A stretch of DNA of 53,126 nucleotides, filler included, from Catajapyx aquilonaris (lineage: Eukaryota), in the NCBI GenBank assembly GCA_000934665.2. It is 2 parts of 2 records of this genome, joined end to end, with 100 filler letters (N's around TTAATTAATTAA, not from the genome) between each part and the next. Parts side by side here need not be neighbours in the genome. Positions count along the whole stretch, not along the records: positions 26,412 to 53,126 come from KZ539309.1; 1 more part is not named here. One strand, 5' to 3'. Positions 37,672 to 50,110 of the stretch are shown here, piece by piece. Below the pieces are notes generated by a model that was given only the letters and a program-made list of their open reading frames with translations, searched no databases and was not told where the DNA came from. Made by a program: the position numbers and the translations under genes. Position 1 is the stretch's first letter; the number at the start of each line of letters is the position of its first letter.

Positions 37672-37673
37672 GA
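37640..37673 (-). promoter_or_regulatory. Candidate Inr + DPE core promoter (TSS about 37671)
   Basis: Minus strand TCAGTC (37673-37668) matches the arthropod Inr TCAKTY. Counting from A+1 = 37671, positions +28 to +32 are GGTTG (DPE consensus RGWYV) and +24 is G. Confidence 0.5.
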
Positions 37674-37989
37674 CTGCTCGATCTGTCCGCCCGGACAAGA
37701 CCTGGGTGCCCACCACCACTGGAGGGAGCCAGGGCTGGGTGGGTGGCGGGAGAGGGAGGGGGGAAGGTGAGTGTCTGGCCCACTCGGCTCGTCCCCAGCA
37801 CAAAGTTCCCTCAATGCGCATGCTCCACTATCAACCTTTTTGTACTAACAGGCTTCCCAGTCTGTGCCAGAGAGCAACTAGGCCGCTCTAGGGAAGGACA
37901 TGCCCAACACACTCTCCCTACACACATGTCTCGAGAACATACGTTCAAAAGTTGCAGGATTAGCCGCAATGTCTCAGCCGTCAAATGGA

Positions 37990-38697
37990 AGTGTCTAAGG
38001 AGCACCCTACAACTTTAATCCCGTTTAAGTCGTTAACGGTTAGCTTCTAAACATTTGTCACCTCTACATTTTCGACTTGGATTGAGCCAACGATTACTTT
38101 TGCAGCATGCGAAATGTCCCATTCAGGTGCACTTTCTCAGGTGTGTCTAGGTGCACCCTGCAACTTTAATCCCATTTATGTCACAACCGGTTCGGTTTTA
38201 GCTCAATCTCATCTCTACATTTTCGACTTGGATTGGGCCAACTATTACTTTTGCAGCATGCGAAATGTCCAATTCAGGTGCACTGTTTAAGGTGTGTCTA
38301 GGTGCACCCTACAACTTGAATCGCATTTATGTCATAACCGGTTCGGTTTTAGCCAATTCTCCGCTGTACATTTTCGACTTTGATTGGGCCAACGATTACT
38401 TTTGCAACATGCGAATTATCGAATTAAGGTGTGTCTAGGTGCACCTTACAACTTTAATCCCATTTATGTCACAACCGGTTCGGTTTTAGCTCAATCTCAC
38501 CTCTACATTTTCGACTTGGATTGGGCCAACGATTACTTTTGTAGCATGCGAAACGTTGAATTAAAATTCACTTTCTATAAGGTGTCTAAGGTGCACCCTG
38601 CATTTTAACCGCATTTATGTCATAACCAGCAGCGTTTGAACCGCTTCCGACCCCTACATTTTGGACTTGTATTTGACCAACGAGTAGTACTTTTGCT
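37990..38697. repeat. Tandem repeat of ~137-151-bp units, about 5 copies
   Basis: ggtgtgtctaggtgcaccctacaactttaatcccatttatgtcacaaccggttcggttttag...tacattttcgacttggattgggccaacgattacttttgcagcatgcgaaa starts at about 37990, 38139, 38290, 38427 and 38580. The outer copies are more diverged. Confidence 0.96.
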
Positions 38698-40069
38698 GTG
38701 TGTATACGTGGTTTATACGTACTAGAAATTGAGGCGATCAAATAGCGAATTTAGCTCGTTGCGGTATTGCACCTGATATCAAAGTAGCAATTAAGAGCCT
38801 GGCAGCTGTTAGAAGCATTACGATTGAATCAAATAGCGGGATTAGCCTTTGGTAAAGCGGGAAAAGAGATGCGGGAAAAAATTTTGCAGCGGCATGGTAA
38901 AAAGTAATTAACAGGCAAGCTGCACTATTAGATTCGGTGGATTTTGGTAAGCTGATACGTCACAAAGCAGGAGGGGTATCAGTGACTAACTCGCATTGGT
39001 TATTAGTAGCATAACTGAGCAACAACACGGCTCAATTATGCTGCTTAAACTGTGCTAAACAAGTTAGTGACTCCCAACTGCTATTTTTTTAAAGCAGCTA
39101 ATAAACCCGAGCTGCTTTTCAAAAACCAGACGAGAAACTTTCTTACAAAAAAAAATGTATTATTTAATTATGTCGTTTATCAAAATAGTTAACAGCATGG
39201 GTTCGGAAAATAGAAGCTGCTTATACAAATACATGGAATTGATGGCGGCATTAAATATTCATCAAATGCAGACGCATCGAGGCTGAAAGATCGTAGCTGT
39301 AACACGTCACACTGATTTTTGCGACGCAGAAGGGAAAAAAAACACAAAACAACTCAAAGGTCACCTGTAAGTTACTACAAACACAGAATCATATATTAGT
39401 CTCAACCATTCCATATAATAACATGTAGTACTCACATCTATTTTTGAGCCATTTAAAAAAAGGAGATGGCCGTATAGGCATGAATAATTAAAGCTATTTT
39501 GTTCTAAGTAACCTATACATTATTCCGCAGACAGAAATCCCATTTCGTATTGCATATATATGCACATAAACGAAGACTTATTATTACGGCAACAATTTCT
39601 GTACTTCACTGCCCGTTACAGTGTTTTCAGAAAATATGACAATCGTATTGAGACAATTTGCCAGACATGCCCGAGGTTAGTAATTAATTCCTAATATATT
39701 CCAGGTAATTAGCAGCCAATAACTTAAAAGCAAGTGTTTCATGGAGTATGATAGTCTTTGAGTACGTAACACGTATACAATAATCAAAATATTTTTGAAA
39801 CCCAAAAGCAACAGCAGTACAATATTGCGAAATATAATCATGAAGATCTCAATACAATTTTTTTTTTTGAATTTAGTTTTTCATTTTAGCAAGCTTCATA
39901 CATTTTTTTTAAAAAATCAGCATCCTGTATCCTCCCTGACCATGCAAAAATATGTCACGAGTGAACGGGCCGAGATCCAACACGTAACCCGGTTTTCGCA
40001 TTAGCTCAAAAAAAAAATGTATGCCAATTCCCATGTACACATGTCTGTGGCGAAAATTTTTGTTCTGAT

Positions 40070-40112
40070 CCCCCCCCCCCCCCCCCCCCCNCCCCCCCCC
40101 CCCCCCCCCCCC
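40070..40112. repeat. Poly-C tract with an internal N
   Basis: Read directly. The length is unreliable; similar single Ns occur in C or G runs at 26088, 33284 and 44109. Confidence 0.9.
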
Positions 40113-42662
40113 GCAACAATCGGAGCATAAAATAAAGGGGCGGGGAGTTGTCTCGATATATAAATTCTCCGATATTTTTCCCCCCACCCGACCTTTCAAT
40201 TCAGAGTGGGTTGACCCATTTGCGTTAGGATTGACACAGTTTTGCCGAATTGGCAGCGTTGTAAGATGTATTTTTTTGCAAAAATTTTGCAGATTGTGGT
40301 GCTATTTCCAACCTCCTCACTTCTCTCTTTTTTTTGATCTGTGGACTGTTGGATGGAGGGGGGCGGGGGTGTAACGTGGGAAATTCTTATGCTGTGAAAT
40401 GGGGGGGTTGGATGCCCCCCTCTAAAAAAGCCAGGTTGGGGCCGGCAGGTGGCGCCGCCGCATCAGCGTCGCGACGCCTCAATCAACGGAGCTTTTCCAA
40501 CCTCCAGACGCCTTCAAAAAACTTGTTAACTTTTTTTTTCTTATACCGAGCGACCTTGACCTCTCAGGGGCCAATAGGTGGGAGAAAGGGTCACCGCGCT
40601 TTCTCTTTCAAAGCAGCAGGAAAAGAGGTGCAGCAAGTGACACGGGGTTGTTCACCCCAGCAACCTGTTTGAACAGAAGCTACATTTTTCTGGATATGTT
40701 CCGGCGGCCACAAAATTAGCGGATTGTTAGCGCACATTGTTGCCAAGGTTCTTCTCAACAACAAGGCTTATCTGTCAGATAGGAGCCAAAACCCTTTAAT
40801 CCGGGTGTGAAATCCTACCCGACAAACAAGTGAGAGAAAGATAAAGTGTCGTCATTGCATTGTTGCCATTTCAAAGAGTATGCAATTCCGATTCCAACTG
40901 CATATGAACAGGTGTGCACAACAATAGGACGTCCTTGAAAATAAACGTGCGCAGTTATGTGGCAATATAGTTATGTCAGATGCCGGATAGCTCAATTTTC
41001 GTGTAATTCACCGAGATTTTTTTTATATACATATAAAATAAAAAGTTGTCTGCGTAAGGGAGGTAAAAGAAGGTGAAAGAAAAATGGGGGAAAGTACCTG
41101 AATGTTGCAAGTATACGTTAATATGAAGGAGGCGAGAATAGACAGTGAAGAAAAAAAATTGCGAAAATTTTTTTCCCCCATCTTTTATGTAACCAACCTT
41201 CGGTAACCTTACTATTTCGCGATAAGCCTAGGGGCGATATACTTGCGGCGTATAGCATGTACCTAATAACAAAAATATGTCTAGACGTTAGTCTATTACG
41301 ACATACATTTTCATCCGGATCATCCGTACATTTAAATCCGTAAAAATTCCGATGAATGTGGCAGGTAATATATGTAACAAATGAATTTATCACAAAATTT
41401 CGGATATGCTTTTATAGTGATGAATTTTTAAATGTGCGCAAGTGCGCAAAACAGTTCGCGCAAATGATAATTGTTTCCAACACTAAGCTTCAGAGGGTAA
41501 CAATATGGCCGACTTTTGCGACGTCGTCAAGTTTCTGGAACGAACCTTAGAGGCTACCTGTGGAGTAACTGTGGCAAGGTTGTTGTCGGAACAATTGACT
41601 TGCGCGAGTGTGGGTGCGCACGCTGTTGCGCTCGTTTTGAAAAAAAAAAATTAAATAGTAATATCCAGCTGGAATGCAAGGTGAATGCAAGGTGATTTTA
41701 CATAACAAAATTTTTATATCGGAATAATTTTGCAACGTATTTTTTTAATCGATAAGAAATATGCCCATAAATTATTTTAAAGCCTTTTTTTTCGCAGTGC
41801 ACACGTGTTACGCTCCGAAATATGTGTAATTATAGTACTTAGTGTATACTCCTACAACATTGCATCCAAGCCCACCCACCCACTCAGCCTTCAATTTTCT
41901 CATCCTCCCACGCAACATACGTCACACACTACACTATATATGATGAGAATTCTCTGGAGGCACAGTTAGGTCGAAATATTGCGAAAGAAGTCCTCCGGAT
42001 TTCACCTCTTTTCCGATAACCTGGGGGGGAGAATATTGTGTATAATATCTGAGTGGGCGATGGGTAGGTCAATCCAGCCAATCCCCATTCAGTTCATCAG
42101 CCTAACGAGCCTGAGTCCCAATAGGCCCGGGCTCAGGGAGTAAAAGGTCAGATGTTGCATCCGGTGAGGCCATTTTCAATCAGGAGAGCACCCTTTGTCG
42201 TACCCCCTTACCTACCCAAAAATAAACGACAAAGGCCAATGTCACACGATAGAAGTCGTACCACTTCATATGCCCAAAGGACAACAGACATATCCGTTAT
42301 GTAAACCTAGGGGGGGAAAAAAATGTGTTGTAAACCTGAAGAATTCTGATGCATCCAGATGTAATCTGGAGAATTCTGGAGAAAATTTTGAACGAAATTT
42401 TGAGCTTTTGCTTAGTGTTACGGGGTCCACACTGGAATTCTGGAAATTTATGGGAGAGAATAATATAAGGAACATTTTGAGATATACCCCCTCGGAGATA
42501 ACTCGGGAGGAAAATTCCACAGCCATGAGTGCATCAGAAAATATGCATGGATAATGAGGTCTCCCAGGGAATCTGGAGATATGCCATGAGAAATTCGAGT
42601 GAATCGGTCAAAAAAAATGCGAAGAATCCACTAGAAAATATTCTTCCAATTGGATTTTAATA

Positions 42663-42821
42663 CTTTTTTATTTCATTGAAAAAAAAAAGTCTTATTATAA
42701 CAGAACGGCTCTGTCTGTGGACAGGTATCATGGCCTACACCGAACACCGGGCATGAGATAGCGACAAACGGTTTTCGGATTCAGATTCAGCGGACAACTA
42801 AATAGGTTTCATGGTCAACTT
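42663..42821 (+). mobile_element. Helentron/DINE-like non-autonomous element fragment, copy A
   Basis: Shares ctgtctgtggacaggtatca and an identical 27-mer ggttttcggattcagattcagcggaca with the reverse complement of 51064-51160. A T-rich start followed by a CTGT microsatellite resembles DINE-1/HINE architecture. Confidence 0.6.
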
Positions 42822-43540
42822 ACAACAAACATTCCATCGTCATTGTTGTCCAATTATTATTAGAATCCGCATCGTGTCATATCGGTCACAAATCTAACCA
42901 ATTTCAACTAAGTTGTCAGCCTAATTTACCCACTGCCCAATGAGAAAAAAAGTCTACTCGAATCACACTCGCGTGATTTGCCAATCTTGTTTGAATTTTG
43001 AAGCTGTAACAATTTTTTTTCAAATCTAAAAATGATCCAATGAAAGCTATAGTAGACGGTTCTTATCAAAAGTTCTTCAGCAACGGAAATTAAGTAAGCA
43101 TTTTGACTGTTTAATTCAGCATCTTATGAGGGTATAGCCTACTAATAATTATTGGTGTGTACCTCGTAACCATTTGTGCGCGATATAAACATCGCAACAC
43201 GTTATATCCCATGTACTGTTCGAGTCAGAAATAAAACGTTAGCTGTCCAACTAATCAAGTGCATCGTTTGTGATATCACGAGGTTATCAGTATGTGTATA
43301 TACGTGTGACTCGGACCACCTGCATGAGTCGTTTTATTTTTATCCATCAGCCGATTGGTGATCCGATTATTCCGTGACACTTTCTGGACTTAGCCTCGAT
43401 TTCAAGCTTCCTTCAGCCAACAAACGCGTGATGGAAACAACGTAGTTGCGCAATGAAAGCAAACCGCAAGTACAATGCAGCAGGGTTGTTGCCCTACGTT
43501 ACATGTCTCGCAGTAGTGTGACCAAGAGCAACAAAATGGC

Positions 43541-43935
43541 GCATGCGCAGGACTTTGGAGATGGAGCTAACATGCAGACGCATGCGCAGGAGTTGGAGGT
43601 GGAGCTAACAGGTAGACGCATGCGCAGAAGGAGTTGTAGGTGGAGCTATCATGTAAACGCATGCGCAGAAGGAGTTGGAGTTGGAGCTAACAGGTAGACG
43701 CATGCGCAGAAGGAGTAGGAGGTAGAGCTAACAAGTAGACGCATGCGCAGAAGGAGTAGGAGTTGGAGCTAACAGGTAGACGCATGCGCAGAAGGAGTTG
43801 GAGTTGGAGCTAACAGGTAGACGCATGCGCAGAAGGAGTAGGAGGTGGAGCTAACAGGTAGACGCATGCGCAGAAGGAGTAGGAGGTGGAGCTAACATGT
43901 AGACGCATGCGCAGAAGGAGTAGGGGGTGGAGCTT
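43541..43935. repeat. 41-bp minisatellite, 10 copies, each containing CGCATGCGCA
   Basis: Unit GCATGCGCAGAAGGAGTAGGAGGTGGAGCTAACAGGTAGAC at about 43541, 43580, 43618, 43658, 43700, 43741, 43782, 43823, 43864 and 43905. Confidence 0.97.
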
Positions 43936-45791
43936 GTTCAAATTTCAGCTCCGCTTTTGTGACAGAGCGTGACATGGGGGAAGGGGTGGGCAACCTGTTA
44001 GTGAAAGAGTACTTCATCATGACTTTTCAATACGTGTGTGCATATTGAGAGTGTGGAAGTGGAAGGAATGGGGTTGGGGGGTTTTTTGAAGGGAGGGGGG
44101 GGGGGGGGNTCAGCGACTTCCAAGTGAGGAAAGGTCCCAAAATATACCCCCGGCTCGGAATCTGCTCCCGGATGGAAACTCCAGCCCCAACACCACCACC
44201 ACCTCCTCCTTACAACACACCCACACACTCTCTCTCCCCATACACACATATTCCTCTCCACAAAAATAGAGTCCCACCCTTTTTTTTTTTTTACTTTGCT
44301 ATCGTTCTCCGATCCCCTCCCTCCCAACCCTCCCGACACACATTCTTACAAACACTTCGCCCCAAGTCAAAGCTATTTGAACATTGCACCACACGACACT
44401 AATTTACCTCTTCATTCCTTCCCTACTCCACATTGGCTACCATTTTAGATTCCTCCAGCTCTTTTGCACCTATATACTCTGACCGATGCTCTTTCGGATG
44501 CTGGATGCTAATCACAGGTCATAATGATCAACCCGACTTGAAGCGGACAGGTGTGGCCGAAGTGGGGTGGGCCCTTACGTCACCGACACTAATCCCAAGC
44601 GGCTTCATTGACGTCCATACAACACGACATGGAGAGGACTTCCCCTCTTCAAAACAACAATGCCATCAGACCCACACGTCTTGTGCAGCACCAGAAGTGC
44701 AACCCCAAGTGGGTTTCATGCCACCATTTTTAAAAAAAAAAATTAGAGCGAGATTTGATTACAGCAGGTGGGAAGAGTAAAATAATAATATAATTACAAG
44801 AAATTAAAATATCTGGATATTTATTCATTTATTATTTATTTATTTATTATTCCTGCACGCTGTATATACGATACTCGGATTGTTAGAGGGAATCGACTTG
44901 TTCTTTCTATAGTTCACAAGTGCTCGTAAAGTAAACCGTCAATCTGTCTGTCCGTTTGTCCACAATCTGGTTTGCTCTCTCTCCCCCCGAAAATGACAAG
45001 TCGGAGCAGGATAAGTGTGGGTCTGGAAATACGGTAAGCTGACTCGCAGCATCCGAGGTATGAAGTCTGAAATAAAGTGGTTTCGCTTTGTTGAGTGATT
45101 CCCTCGCTGACTGCCTAAAAATAGGTTCTGCCCACTTTTGCGCTGCCTAGAAAAACCTCTCCCCAGAATTTTCACCCTAGTCGAAAACCAATCCCTGGCT
45201 TTTCAAAAGTGCCAAGCGCTGCTTCACGATCTATCGTCTAGAGTTTTTAGAGGGGGGGAAGCGAAAAAGGAACCCATACTATCTACCTAACCTGTAACTG
45301 GCTCCAATCTTAGCTCTGTAAGGAGTAAAAATAGTTTTTTTTGAACCCCCGCCCCCCTCCCCTAGAAGAGCCACCACCTGAACTCTTATGAGTCCAATTC
45401 CTGCCACAACGATTGGGGGTCTAAAACAAACAAGAGCAAAAAGAAGAAAAGAGCAGGCGCAGGGCTATGTTTGACACCGGAAGCCTCCTTATCTCGCAGG
45501 ACATCCTACTTGGTCCGATTTCCAACTTAGCCTACTTGCTATTTCCACATCGAGGATCACGGCTAGATAACTCGCTCAACAGTTAGACATGTTTGGCCAA
45601 AAAAATATTGTTGCGCGAAAATAGAGATCAAATACGGTCGTCTTGAATGGCACCGTAATTTATTAACGAAACATGAAACACTGGACCGCACTGGACCGTC
45701 GGAAAAATTATATAGAAGGCTACAAGTTGACTCATCGCCTAGGTGCATGTAATCGCATTCTCCGTTCAATTATGAAAGGACACAACAGGTT

Positions 45792-46071
45792 CACACATGT
45801 TTGCACGCCATTAGCTGTGGGGACATGGCTAACACAACTTTTGAAACCTAGTTTATCCTAACATAAACTAACCTAACCTAACCTAACCTATAGGCTGAGA
45901 TAAATGGTTTTTAAACAGACCCAATTGTGGGGACATGTCCCAACTATGTATGTACCCAACGGGTTAAATCAGTTGTGGGGACGAGAAATGTCCCCACAAT
46001 TTGAAAATGTCCCCACAGTTACAGTTAAAAGTCCCATTTCCGTCCCCAGAGCTAATTGAAGACCAGTACAC
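45792..46071. mobile_element. Non-autonomous DNA element with gtggggac/gtccccac subterminal repeats and an internal (CCTAA)n tract
   Basis: Left ttagctgtggggac mirrors right gtccccagagctaa with 1 mismatch. Three gtggggac are followed by inverted gtcccca copies. (AACCT)4 lies at 45870-45890 and acac occurs at both ends. Confidence 0.7.
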
Positions 46072-48211
46072 TTTCTGTAGCAGTCAGCACACTTCAACCA
46101 GGCGAGTCACGTGCTGATGACCCCAGTGGGCTTTGTCCCCGCGGTGACTCATCACCAACGTGCATGTAGTTACCACAGTTACCACGTGGCGTAGTGTGCA
46201 GAGGATACGCGCCATCTGGTTGTGGCATCTACTGCGTCCGGGCGAGCCGGGCAGTGTTGCCAAATTTTAAGTGTACACACTTGACCACATGTTTGTCGCA
46301 CACTAAAATCAGGCATTATGGGAATCAATTTTAGACAAATCTGCCTAAATTAGCAATTAGACACGAAATTGTTGGTGGCTAGTAAGTCAACCTGTAATTT
46401 GGTCAAACATTTCGGAGATTCTTGATGCGAATTGGCAATCTCCCGGATTTATCCACAAACTCCCTGCGAATCCAGGCAAATCTCCACGAATCCATTGCGA
46501 ATCCGACGACATGAAGTTCACGAACCTTTCAGGAATTCAAAGAGTGCCTTGGGATGGTCGGTCAGGTAGTTATAAAGGACACCCGGTTATAATCAGATCC
46601 AACCGAAAAGTCGTGGGTAGTTTATCGGATGGAATGCGTTTTGTGTTGAGAGAGTGTGTGTTATGTGCTGTGCGTGTGTGTGTGAGGTGAGGTGAAGCTC
46701 AGAAGGAAGAGTCTCGTCAGTTCTTTTCTTTTTCTCTTCTTACCTCCGGCCAAAGAAGTTTTCGAGTTCGTTCGCCCTCCACGTGGTGGTAGAGGAGGAA
46801 CGGAAAAGAAAAAAGAAAGAAAAAAAGAAAGAAGAAGAGGATTCTTACGGGCGAGGGCAAAGCTGGCCAAGGGATGTCCAAAACTATATACATGCTGACT
46901 GCCCCCCAAGACTTTCACAGCCGGATAAGGATTATTATTATTACAGGGTAAAGAGAGCGGCAAAATAGTTTCACCTTTTCACCTAAGAAGACTCCGCGAG
47001 GAAAATTAGTGAAAGCAGCTGATCCTATAAATGAAGACCTTCTTACTTGATAGGAAGCATTCAGTCATGATTTTTTTTCTGAATTTTTACATAAGTAAAT
47101 ACGGCCCAAATACCAAAAACTAGCAGTAGAACCCGTTCTTCGCAATGCCTGGTTATATATGGTATAAAATGATGAGTATAAAACGTGTATAGAGGAGGAC
47201 CGTATAAAACTCTCTTTACCTGGGCAAACATGCAAACAAACAAACTGTGCCCTGTTTCCATCGTAACTTATTCGTTGTGTATAAAATGGTCGTAAATTGG
47301 AAATGGGTATAAGATAACCGGTATAAATGGGTACTCGGACAGACACACAAGCAGAGTTTGCCTTATATATACACGCATAGAGAACGATTGTTCTCTCCAG
47401 CAACCCAGTTCGAAGCAGTGCAACCGTGGCTTATTCTGACAGGTGTTCTTTATCTCGTACGGACATCCCTGCTGAACTCAGTCAGCGTTCCGGGAGTTCA
47501 CGACCCTTCTTTCACGCCGCATGGCCACACCATCATCATCATCCTTTACCATACAGGAGTCCCCAACAGTATTAATACGGTGTGTGTGTCCCACCAGGAT
47601 AAAAAGAAGAAGAAGACAATGCTTGGCCTGTGGCAACGCTGCCTAGACACAACCCGCTGGTATTGACCACGCCAATCCCATCCACTCATCGCCCCCTCTC
47701 CTACCCACCCTTCCATCATTCAAACCCCCCCTCTAACCACCCACCACCCAACCCTAAATGTGGCAACACTGTCCGGCGCGCGTTTGTCCTCCCCACCCTC
47801 CCTCCACCCCTCCTTTTTTCGATCCAATTGGATTGAATCCCCGAGCCCGCCCAATCACTCCAATTGATTAGGCCGCCTCATCCCACGCACAATCTGGCAA
47901 CCACGCTCAAATTTTCGCCAGTTCGCTACCTTTGGGACCAGGACCCGCCCCTTTTCTGTCTCGCGAATTTTTTTTGCGAGTGTGTAGCAAAGGTTACGTT
48001 TTTTGCAACCCACCCACCCACCCCACTTCTTCATTCACTAAACTCTCTCTCGCAGTCACACCTTTAACCTGTGGTGAATGTAGGGCACGCACTTCATTTA
48101 TTCATGTGCCGGGTACTTGCAACGCGTTGTATTGGAAGTGCATGCATTTGGTGCAATGCTGACCATGATTGTCACGTCAAGGCGGGCTCCACCCACACCA
48201 CCCAATCATGC

Positions 48212-48282
<71 letters not shown>
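48212..48282. repeat. (AAT)n microsatellite, about 23 units
   Basis: Read directly; explains the poly-N and poly-I ORFs. Confidence 0.98.
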
Positions 48283-48285
<3 letters not shown>

Positions 48286-48591
48286 TGCCGAGTCTATGCA
48301 TAGTTCAGTAACTTCTAATGAAGTCCTGTAATGGTTATATAATTAAAAGGAAATTATACGTACTTGCTCATTGTTATGTTAATAATGACACAAAATAATG
48401 AAGAAACTGCAAGGCCAAATACTGCACATACAAATAAGTACGTAATATTAACATATGAATAGATCGTATTAAAATACTGGGATATAAAACACGAAACAAT
48501 CGTAGTAAATCATATAAATGCGAATGTATTGTATTAATAATATTAATATTAATAAATTGTATTAAATAAGATTTTATACTAATGTATTGTT

Positions 48592-48730
48592 TTAGCTGAT
48601 AATATTAGATATTCATGTGTTGTATTAGCTGATAATATTAGATATTCATGTGTTGTATTAGCTGATAATATTAGATATATTCATGTGTTGTATTAGCTGA
48701 TAATATTCGATATATTCATGTGTTGTATTA
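48592..48730. repeat. 33-35-bp AT-rich minisatellite, 4 copies
   Basis: ttagctgataatattagatattcatgtgttgta at 48592, 48625, 48658 and 48693. Confidence 0.95.
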
Positions 48731-49739
48731 AATAATATTATTAGATATATTAATATATTGCATTAGTAATATTAGATATATTAATCCGTAAATAATAAAG
48801 GTAAATATATATTTCCAACGTTTATAGTGGCTGCCTTGAGGAGTTGAGGGTGAGCTTCATCTCCTGTGTGCATCTGGCCACGCTGCTCCGATCACACGGA
48901 GAGGGTCAAGGTCAGGCCTATCACGATCTCCTAATTTCATTAGGAAATTGTTCACCACGACAAGTTGTTAGAAAAGCAACGGAGTCACAGCTTATAAATA
49001 TATAGCCCCCCACTTAAATTGACCAGTGTTGTTCAGAGAGTCTCTTTCAATTTGATGACTCCGACTTGGTGATTTTGGGATCACCCTTGCGCCCACATAT
49101 TGGCACACCCTCCCTCCGAATCTAAGGAACGTGTATGTATAATATAGGGATGGTGGTGGTGGTGGTGGGAGAGTGTAGCAGAGCAGCACCACACGGTTCC
49201 TTTTCCCCGAAAATGATGGGTGAATCTGTCTCCATGGTGACGAGATGAGATGGGAGTCAGTGGGTTGTGAAGCTGGGGAGAGATGCTGCGATGGTGAGGA
49301 GGCTGCTCCATCCGATGTGGAGGAGGAGGAGGAGGGGTGAGATTGAAACACCCCCCACCCCCGCCACCACGACCAGGATTACACACCCCACCCTGCCACC
49401 CAACTCTTCATTCAGGCTTGCCAACCATTCTGGTTTGTTTTTCTGCGCAACAGTTGGCCACCCTGCCATCCCCTTTTCCCCCCTCCCCCCCCCCTCCATC
49501 CCATCCTCATGCTCTTCCAGACTCCAAAACCGGTCCGGAGTCTGAGGTAAATGGACGGGAGCACATTTACTCCAGGAATCGGAACTCCCGATGGTATATA
49601 CAGCCCCAACCAGGTCCCATAGCATTTTACTCCCAGTGGTTCATCCACATAATTTGATGCAAACACATCGTTGGTCTGCACACCTCATATGCACCTACCT
49701 TGCTGTCATTGTTTGCTTTACTTATTATTGCCGAGACAT

Positions 49740-50110
49740 TATTAAATTTATTGTAAAATTACATTTATATTATATTATCAAAAATGTTAATCACATTTAT
49801 TCTTGAATAATAACTGTATTTATCAAATTTATTGCTGAATAACAGACTGTTCATCAAATTTATTGTTGAATAATAGACGAGTTATCAAATTTATTGCTGG
49901 ATAAATATTTATCAATGTTTATTATTGTATTCATCAAAAAATTATTAAATTGATTTTTAACGTATTGTTGCTAATTTTTAACGTAGCTTATTGTTGCTAA
50001 ATCCGCTGTTTACCAAATTTACTGCTGAATAATATTTATTAACTTATCATCAAACAACATTTGTATTAAATTTATTTTGTAACGTATTGCTGCCAAATTT
50101 ACTGTGCAAA
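49740..50110. repeat. Degenerate AT-rich ~30-bp repeat (atcaaatttattgctgaataa)
   Basis: atcaaatttattg at about 49822, 49854 and 49884, with decayed copies out to about 50105. Confidence 0.7.

Noticed and set aside
39091..39119. Rho-independent terminator-like hairpin (also at 5553-5576)
   Set aside because: The context is eukaryotic with no upstream gene, and short palindromes of this size occur by chance or as TE debris.
46083..46163. C/D snoRNA or hammerhead ribozyme (TGATGA/CTGA boxes, CTGATGA core, imperfect hairpin)
   Set aside because: There is no terminal stem or recognisable rRNA guide, and no GAAA after stem II for a hammerhead.
46252..47771. 1.5-kb hAT element bounded by CAGTGTTGCCA / TGGCAACACTG
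   Set aside because: The flanking 8-mers (gagccggg and tccggcgc) are not a TSD, and the motif occurs singly elsewhere.
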